A stretch of DNA of 64,000 nt from Candidatus Izemoplasmatales bacterium. GTDB lineage: Bacteria; Bacillota_I; Bacilli_A; Izemoplasmatales; Hujiaoplasmataceae. The notes beneath the pieces were generated by a model that did not search any database, was not told the DNA's origin, and was given only the letters and a program-made list of their open reading frames with translations. This document shows positions 58,002-64,000 of this stretch, one piece after another; within the stretch, counting starts at the first letter, position 1, and each line of letters begins with the position of its first letter. The stretch lies in NCBI GenBank assembly GCA_050177605.1, contig JBFXGX010000007.1:1-64000 (forward strand), written 5' to 3'. The position numbers and the translations under genes are program-made.

Positions 58002-58889
58002 TTAAAATAATTTGAACTGTTCTACAACTTTTGGACTTATTTCTTCGACAATTTCTCTCATTCCAAACTTAATTTTATATTTTTTACACGCGAATACGAT
58101 TTCTTTTTTTAGAACGCCTGCATTCGGTGAAGACCAAGTTTTCTTAATGCCATACTTATCCATATAGATATTTTTTAATCCAGGGAAAGAATGGTTGACG
58201 AGTTCAAAAAAGTTTTGTCTTTGGTTTTCACTGACAGATAGAACAAAATTAGGGTAGATAAAATCAACGGAGTACTTACTTAAGGAATCGATTAATGGAA
58301 CCCAAGTTTCTTCAGAATCGTTAATATAGGGAATAATTGGTTTGAGTAAAGCACCAACGATGAATCCTGTTTGTTTGGCTTTATTCACTAATTTTAAACG
58401 TTCTGTTACTTTTGTTGCGTCGTTTCCTTCGAAAGTATGCGTAAGTGGATCATTTTGATGTGTAAAAGGAATCGCAATAACGACGGGTGCTTGTTTATGA
58501 ATCTCTTTTAAAATATCAAAATCACGTTCTACTAACACTGAACTAGTTTCTATAAAAACGCCTAATTTGTGCTCTTTTACTGCATTTAACGCTTTGATCA
58601 TCTGTTGTTCTTTTTCTTCAAGAACATTATATGGATCAGGATTTTGATAGAATGCCACAATCATTCCTGGATTCAGTTTTGAAATTTCATTCACAAACAC
58701 CTCTAAACCACCTGGTTTAGAACTGAGGCTATCGCTAGAAAAAACTTGTTCAAAATCCATTAAGGATGCAAAATATTTATAATAGGGGTAACTGCCATCA
58801 TAAAGACTGGCAAAGAAATCGATGCCAAAGGATCGATTCGGGTTTTTGTTCGGTATTAAGATTTGTTTTGTCCGTTTTTCTTCGTTCAT
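58002..58889 (-). CDS. Radical-SAM-fold (SPL/Rv2578c-like) protein lacking CxxxCxxC
   Basis: DPY..LE, T.S.LVERDFDIL, ERL and PIIPYIND motifs of the family are present; the Cys motif position reads GSYPYYKYF. Confidence 0.7.
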   Translation of the reverse strand: MNEEKRTKQILIPNKNPNRSFGIDFFASLYDGSYPYYKYFASLMDFEQVFSSDSLSSKPGGLEVFVNEISKLNPGMIVAFYQNPDPYNVLEEKEQQMIKALNAVKEHKLGVFIETSSVLVERDFDILKEIHKQAPVVIAIPFTHQNDPLTHTFEGNDATKVTERLKLVNKAKQTGFIVGALLKPIIPYINDSEETWVPLIDSLSKYSVDFIYPNFVLSVSENQRQNFFELVNHSFPGLKNIYMDKYGIKKTWSSPNAGVLKKEIVFACKKYKIKFGMREIVEEISPKVVEQFKLF

Positions 58890-58898
58890 AGAATCCTC

Positions 58899-59423
58899 CT
58901 AGAAACGCCATAAAACAATAACAAAAAGCACAGTTAATACATAGACAAATAGATGATTCCAAGCAAGCTTTTTTGGGCTTTTTTGAAGTTGTTTTTCTAA
59001 ATGTGTTGTCATTTTATTGATTGATACATAGGAAATACTAGAAATTACTATTCCTAATTTCCATATTGACGCAATCTTTACTCCTTCAATGAACTCTTCT
59101 TCTTTGACAAAGTTATTGATGATATCTTTTTCGCGTTGATGTGATAATTTGTCAATGCAGAAAAAGAAGAGATGTTGTGTATTCGAAAATCGTTCATAAA
59201 GATATAAAGCCAATGAAATGATTCCAATCAAGCCTAACCCTAGATAATCAATTAGTGTATAGGTACGATCTAGTTGTAGGATGACATAAAAGATAAATAA
59301 GATTATTCCGACAAACATCGGCAATTTTATGAATACCTGATAATGAAAATAGCTATTGAATGCAAAATATAATATCAAGGCAGTTAAGATGACTTGTAAT
59401 ATAAATGTGGTTGTAAACATCAA
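58899..59423 (-). CDS. Hypothetical membrane protein
   Basis: 174-aa ORF with about 4 hydrophobic segments in an operon-like arrangement. Confidence 0.65.
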   Translation of the reverse strand: MMFTTTFILQVILTALILYFAFNSYFHYQVFIKLPMFVGIILFIFYVILQLDRTYTLIDYLGLGLIGIISLALYLYERFSNTQHLFFFCIDKLSHQREKDIINNFVKEEEFIEGVKIASIWKLGIVISSISYVSINKMTTHLEKQLQKSPKKLAWNHLFVYVLTVLFVIVLWRF

Positions 59424-59459
59424 CTATACCTCTTTTCTATTATAGCATACAAACTCACT

Positions 59460-60002
59460 CTATCCAAGGTATGGTCCAAGGATTTCTAGAAGTTCTTCAA
59501 TTGACTTTTCTTCATAAATTTCAATAACGGGTTGTTGGACTGACTGAAGCCAAGCATGATGTTGCTTTTGGCTTCTTTTTGATTCATCCAGTTCTTCATA
59601 TAGACTAACCCAGTTTAAAAAATCTAAATGTTGTAGATATAAATCGCCACCAGGTTCTACTCTGTCATGAAAGCGATTCTTTTCTCGTTTCTTAATTCTT
59701 TCAAGGCGTATATCAAGCGGTAAATGCATATATACAAATAAATCCACTTGCTTCTTAATTTCTTCTCCCCATCCAACAAAAGCACCTGAAATGACAGATT
59801 TTGGATATTGATTAAGTTCGCTTTTTAAGTAGTTGAGCGCTTCATCATCTGTTTTTCGAATATTGAATGGAGGATCAGTTTCTTCCCAAATAGCGTCATC
59901 TGTATCGATAAAATGATAATGATAGGCTTGACTAATTGCTCTAGCTAAAGTCGTAGAACCGCTTCCAGATGAGCCGAAAATGTGAATCAATGTATAACTC
60001 AT
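59460..60002 (-). CDS. P-loop nucleotide kinase (adenylate kinase-like)
   Basis: IHIFGSSGSGSTTLA, DTDD..W, VISG and R..R...RE..RF motifs. Confidence 0.82.
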   Translation of the reverse strand: MSYTLIHIFGSSGSGSTTLARAISQAYHYHFIDTDDAIWEETDPPFNIRKTDDEALNYLKSELNQYPKSVISGAFVGWGEEIKKQVDLFVYMHLPLDIRLERIKKREKNRFHDRVEPGGDLYLQHLDFLNWVSLYEELDESKRSQKQHHAWLQSVQQPVIEIYEEKSIEELLEILGPYLG

Positions 60003-60013
60003 AGATTTACCTC

Positions 60014-61183
60014 TTATTTTGAAAACATTATTTTTTCACTTAAGAACATTTTGTTTAATACATTAACAAACAATACCAAGTAGACAATATTAGCACAAAC
60101 GGTAATGATCAGATAGATCACTGCATTCGGATCATATCTTAAGATTGCAGATAATGTTTGTACAGTATTGTAGATTGGAAGAATATACATAAAATAGTTT
60201 GAATTGACATTATTATTAAATAAAGACGTAATACTAACAAGGATGGTAATGATATATAAAGGCATAATTAAAGTAGAAGCTTCTTTCACGCTTTTTGCAA
60301 AAGCTGAAATGATCGAAACCATCCCAACAATAACGAATACTGTCGAGAACAAAACGACAAGAATCATCAAATATTCATTAAAACCATAGATTGCGACACT
60401 GCTTCCTTGTAACTGAAGTAATTTAGGAAGCGATAATAAAATACCAATGAAGCTGGAAATAGCCGATAGAAGACTTAAAACAGATAACCCTAATATTTTA
60501 CCTAATGCAATTTCACGACGCTTTACAGGGGTAATTAATAGTGTAGAGAAGGTATTTCTTTCTTTTTCTCCAGCAATTGATTCTGGGCCGATTGATAAAG
60601 CTCCTGAGAATAAGAACATTACGACAAGCATAGGTAATAAGGATGCAAGCATCGTACCATTAATTAAGTTCATATCGACAGTTGTCGATTCTACTTGATA
60701 GGAAAAATAAGTCGTATCGCCAAATAACTGATAGCTAAGTTGTTCTTGGTAGGTATTTAAATAGCCTAAAAAAGAACTGTATACGATACTAGAATTTTGC
60801 GCATTTGGATTACTGTATAGATAGACGTATCCTTTGGTGTTCGTGCCATCGTAATTTAAGAATCCATCAGAAAAAACGACTAATAAATCCGATGTTTCAT
60901 TATCTACATCTGATTTATATTGATCAATGCTTTCCATTACGCCAGCTGTAACATAGAGTGAAATGGACGTATCAGCATCATAAATAGCTTGAAAACTTGT
61001 GACGTTGTTGACAATTTTAACATTATATACTGTATTGTTGACAGTATTGTTGATAGCTGTTCCAATAAATGAGTAGATTAAGAAAATCATAAAACCTGGT
61101 AAAAACATCACAGAGATGACCAGTCTTTTATCTTTAATAACGCGATCCCATTCTTTTTTAAAGATTGTCCAGATATTTTTCAT
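60014..61183 (-). CDS. natB: ABC transporter permease, NatB-like
   Basis: IFKKE..V.KDKR, IAGEKER.T..LL.TPV.R..I.LGK and AKSVKEA motifs. Confidence 0.8.
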   Translation of the reverse strand: MKNIWTIFKKEWDRVIKDKRLVISVMFLPGFMIFLIYSFIGTAINNTVNNTVYNVKIVNNVTSFQAIYDADTSISLYVTAGVMESIDQYKSDVDNETSDLLVVFSDGFLNYDGTNTKGYVYLYSNPNAQNSSIVYSSFLGYLNTYQEQLSYQLFGDTTYFSYQVESTTVDMNLINGTMLASLLPMLVVMFLFSGALSIGPESIAGEKERNTFSTLLITPVKRREIALGKILGLSVLSLLSAISSFIGILLSLPKLLQLQGSSVAIYGFNEYLMILVVLFSTVFVIVGMVSIISAFAKSVKEASTLIMPLYIITILVSITSLFNNNVNSNYFMYILPIYNTVQTLSAILRYDPNAVIYLIITVCANIVYLVLFVNVLNKMFLSEKIMFSK

Positions 61184-61184
61184 C

Positions 61185-61961
61185 TTATTTAACCTCGCTT
61201 TCTTGTTCGTAGAGGTTAAAGAATAGCGACTCTAATTTGTTTTCTGTTCTACCAATTGAAGAGAGTAAATCTTCAAAAGCTAGTTTTCCATTAATAATAA
61301 TTCCGACACGATCACAAATTTTCTCGACAAGAGAAAAAATATGTGTAGAGACGATGATTGTTTTTCCTAAATTTTTTAATTCAATCAAATAATCAGTAAC
61401 GACTTTAGCCGTAATAACGTCTAAACCATTGGTTGGTTCATCAAAGATAATCACACTAGGATCATGGATAAGCGAGATTGCTAAACTTACTTTTTGCTTC
61501 ATACCGGTGGATAGTTCTGCTACTTTCACTTCAGCGAACGAAGCGATATCAAATTTAGAGAATAAATATTGCTTTCTTTCGATTTGAACTTCTGGACTCA
61601 AGTTATGAAGGTTCGCGAAGAAATCAAATAGATAGTTTGGTGTGAAGAAATCTTCTAATTTTAATTCACTTGTCAAAAAACCTATAATTCTGCGAACATC
61701 TTCAGCGTTTTTTGAAACACTGAATTCATTGATAAATATATCCCCTTGATCAGGTTTAATTAAAGTCGAAATACAACGTAACGTTGTTGTCTTGCCGGCA
61801 CCATTTGGACCAAGCAAACCATATATTTCGCCAGGATAAGCATTAAACGAAAGGTCATTGACCGCTACTTTAATGCTTTCCTTTGATTTTTCAATTTTTT
61901 GTTGCTTCTTTGATAGATGAAAAGTCTTCGTAATCTTTTCAACTCGTACAGTTGGATTCAT
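61185..61961 (-). CDS. natA: ABC transporter ATP-binding protein, NatA-like
   Basis: GPNGAGKTT, LSTGMKQK, HDP.VIIFDEPTNGLD and STH motifs. Confidence 0.82.
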   Translation of the reverse strand: MNPTVRVEKITKTFHLSKKQQKIEKSKESIKVAVNDLSFNAYPGEIYGLLGPNGAGKTTTLRCISTLIKPDQGDIFINEFSVSKNAEDVRRIIGFLTSELKLEDFFTPNYLFDFFANLHNLSPEVQIERKQYLFSKFDIASFAEVKVAELSTGMKQKVSLAISLIHDPSVIIFDEPTNGLDVITAKVVTDYLIELKNLGKTIIVSTHIFSLVEKICDRVGIIINGKLAFEDLLSSIGRTENKLESLFFNLYEQESEVK

Positions 61962-62069
61962 GCCCTACCTCCAAAAAACTCATATATTTAGTTTATCAAA
62001 GATTCACTGATTTATCAATGAAAAGTGCGGTCTTTTCTTAAAAAGAAAAAAAGTCTAATAATAGACTTT

Positions 62070-62438
62070 TTACTTTGCAGATTTTTCTAATGCTTTTTTA
62101 GCTTGATCACAAATTGCTTTGAATCCTGCAGCATCATTAACAGCGATATCCGCTAACATTTTACGGTTTACTTCGATACCAGCTACATTTAAACCATTGA
62201 TTAATCTTGAGTAAGATAAATCATTTAATCTTGCAGCAGCATTAATTCTGGTAATCCATAATTTACGGAAATCTCTTTTTCTTCTACGACGGTCGCGGTA
62301 AGCGTATGCAAGTGAATTAAATACTTGCTCTTTGGCTGTTTTATATAGTAAATGCTTCGCTCCATAGTAACCTTTAGCTAATTTTAATATTTTTTTACGT
62401 TTTCTTCTTGTGGTATATCCACCTTTAACTCTTGGCAT
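62070..62438 (-). CDS. rplT: 50S ribosomal protein L20
   Basis: [25 protein letters not shown] and NRKMLA motifs. Confidence 0.98.
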   Translation of the reverse strand: MPRVKGGYTTRRKRKKILKLAKGYYGAKHLLYKTAKEQVFNSLAYAYRDRRRRKRDFRKLWITRINAAARLNDLSYSRLINGLNVAGIEVNRKMLADIAVNDAAGFKAICDQAKKALEKSAK

Positions 62439-62455
62439 TTGTCAACGTCCTCCTA

Positions 62456-62653
62456 CTACAAATATGGCACTTGATGTTTAATTCTTTTAACATCAGATGG
62501 TGATACAATCTCAGTATTTCTTGCTTGTCTATTTTGTTTTGGTGATTTATGGCTCATCAAATGCCCGTGGAAAGTACTACTTCTTTTTAATTTTCCAGTA
62601 GCTGTTAATTTAAGTCTTTTCTTTGTCCCTGAATGGGATTTAAATTTTGGCAT
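62456..62653 (-). CDS. rpmI: 50S ribosomal protein L35
   Basis: MPKFKSHSGTKKR..T.TGK; lies between infC and rplT. Confidence 0.95.
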   Translation of the reverse strand: MPKFKSHSGTKKRLKLTATGKLKRSSTFHGHLMSHKSPKQNRQARNTEIVSPSDVKRIKHQVPYL

Positions 62654-62670
62654 ATTCTTCACTCCTTATG

Positions 62671-63213
62671 TTATTTTTTCTTAGGTGCCAATGTCATGGT
62701 TATATTTCGTCCTTCATGGGTAAGATCTTTTTCTTGTTCGCCAACTTCACTACATTTTTCTTTGAAACGTTCAAGAACTTCTCTACCTTGTTGGATTAAT
62801 ATTTGTCCAGCGCGGTAAGGCAAACGAACACTGACTTTAAGTTTGTCGCCTTTTTCTAAAAACTTGATTCCATTACGAATTTTTGTTTCAAAATCATGAG
62901 TATCAATCACAGCTGTTAATCTGATTTCTTTGATATCGACAATCTTTTGATTTTTGCGAGCTTCTCTCGCTTTACGTTGTTGTTCGTAACGGAACTTTGA
63001 ATAATCCATCAGTTTACATACCGGTGGTTTACCATTTGGTGCAACCATCACGAGGTCATAACCTTCTTGATTAGCAATATAAAGTGCTTCTCTAGTTGAT
63101 TTTACCCCAAATTGTTGTCCATCATGACCAATGAGTAATACTTCTTTAACACGAATGTTTTCATTAATTAAAGTATCATCTTTTTTTACCGGTTTCTGAT
63201 TGTTGTATAAAAT
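62671..63213 (-). CDS. infC: Translation initiation factor IF-3 (ATT start)
   Basis: INENIR, PPVCKLMDY.KF.YE, KEIR and FL.KGDK motifs. GGAGGT lies 7 nt before the in-frame ATT at 63213. Confidence 0.96.
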   Translation of the reverse strand: MLYNNQKPVKKDDTLINENIRVKEVLLIGHDGQQFGVKSTREALYIANQEGYDLVMVAPNGKPPVCKLMDYSKFRYEQQRKAREARKNQKIVDIKEIRLTAVIDTHDFETKIRNGIKFLEKGDKLKVSVRLPYRAGQILIQQGREVLERFKEKCSEVGEQEKDLTHEGRNITMTLAPKKK

Positions 63214-63234
63214 ATGAAACACCTCCAATTGAAA

Positions 63235-63345
63235 TAAAAAATGTGGATACCTAAGAGGCACCCACAAATACAAACATAGTAAATATGCAAGTAGCGAAAA
63301 CCTATTGATCTAGCAATCAGGTGAGAAGTGGGTACTTCTTCTTTC
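63235..63345 (-). ncRNA. L20 ribosomal protein leader
   Basis: AGAAGTACCCACTTCTCACCTGATTG...GTGGGTG..TATCCAC plus a T-run upstream of infC. Confidence 0.85.
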
Positions 63346-63410
63346 TACGGTATTTTAAAACCTATTACATTATAGTATATCTTTGATGGTTTGTCAACGA
63401 AAAAAGTGAA

Positions 63411-64000
63411 CTATTTTTCTCCGTCTTCTTTCTTATCTTTGATATAGTTTTCTTTATTGACTTGATAGGCTCTTGCAATTGCGAGTGACCCTTTCGGCAC
63501 ATTTTTGTTGAGCGTGGATCCCGCTGCAATTAACGAGTTATCGTCAATTTGAATTGGCGCAATTAAATTCACATTACAGCCAATAAACACATCATCACCA
63601 ATATTGGTTTGATATTTATGTTTTCCATCATAGTTCACAGTAATGGCTCCACAACCAAAGTTAACGTTCTTTCCTACGACTGCATCACCAATGTAGGCTA
63701 AATGTGAAGCTTTCGTATTTTCTTTTGTTGACGATTTTTTAACTTCAACAAAGTTACCAATACGATTTTTAGGTCCGATATGTGCTCCATCTCTAAGATG
63801 AGCAAATGGTCCTACTGTGGTTTGTTCTTCAATAACTGAGTTGTATACTAGAGAATGTCTACAAACGACTCCTTCTCCAATAATGGACTCATGAATTTCA
63901 GTATTAGGTCCAACAATTGCTCCTTTGTGAATCACAGAGTTTCCTGTAATATATGTGTTTGGATGGATGACGACATTTTCCTCAATGACAACATTATGAC
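63411..64000 (-). CDS. glmU: Bifunctional GlmU, C-terminal acetyltransferase part (5' end outside the window)
   Basis: VGPFAHLR, IGNFVEVK, HLAYIGDA, NFGCG.ITVNYDG and IAAGS motifs; hexapeptide repeats. Confidence 0.95.
   Translation of the reverse strand, partial: HNVVIEENVVIHPNTYITGNSVIHKGAIVGPNTEIHESIIGEGVVCRHSLVYNSVIEEQTTVGPFAHLRDGAHIGPKNRIGNFVEVKKSSTKENTKASHLAYIGDAVVGKNVNFGCGAITVNYDGKHKYQTNIGDDVFIGCNVNLIAPIQIDDNSLIAAGSTLNKNVPKGSLAIARAYQVNKENYIKDKKEDGEK

Overview
This is a chromosomal window from an AT-rich, Bacilli-related bacterium that uses the standard genetic code (TGA is used as a stop). Gene content and style suggest Izemoplasmatales/Acholeplasmatales; that assignment is inference. 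The window spans the replication terminus: a Firmicutes-type dif site lies at 19127-19154, and gene orientation flips there (10 of 14 CDS on + to the left, 38 of 42 on - to the right). Most genes are housekeeping or metabolic: pdp, TPP riboswitch-thiT, CIRCE-htpG, recU, rnj, rarA, nadAB, ansA, ruvA, obg, galK, a GH161-like glucan phosphorylase, rplU-rpmA, coaD, rsmD, ppdK, glgA/glgC, natAB, infC-rpmI-rplT and glmU. RNA features are four tRNAs, a 6S-like RNA and the L20 and L21 leaders. No integrase, transposase, CRISPR array or rRNA was seen. The most interesting observations are six. (1) A two-gene locus in which a doubly degenerate GGDEF-receiver protein is coupled to a HEAT-like/processive GT2 polysaccharide synthase fusion. 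(2) A very large acidic protein built from an unfamiliar ~85-aa repeat. (3) An ECF sigma factor paired with an anti-sigma carrying the RsgI-type DINP autocleavage motif. (4) L27 with an atypical N-terminal extension and no prp gene in the operon. (5) A radical-SAM-fold protein that has lost its cluster cysteines. (6) A LytTR regulatory system with a lipoprotein and visible direct repeats. All calls are from reading motifs by eye; no database search was run.
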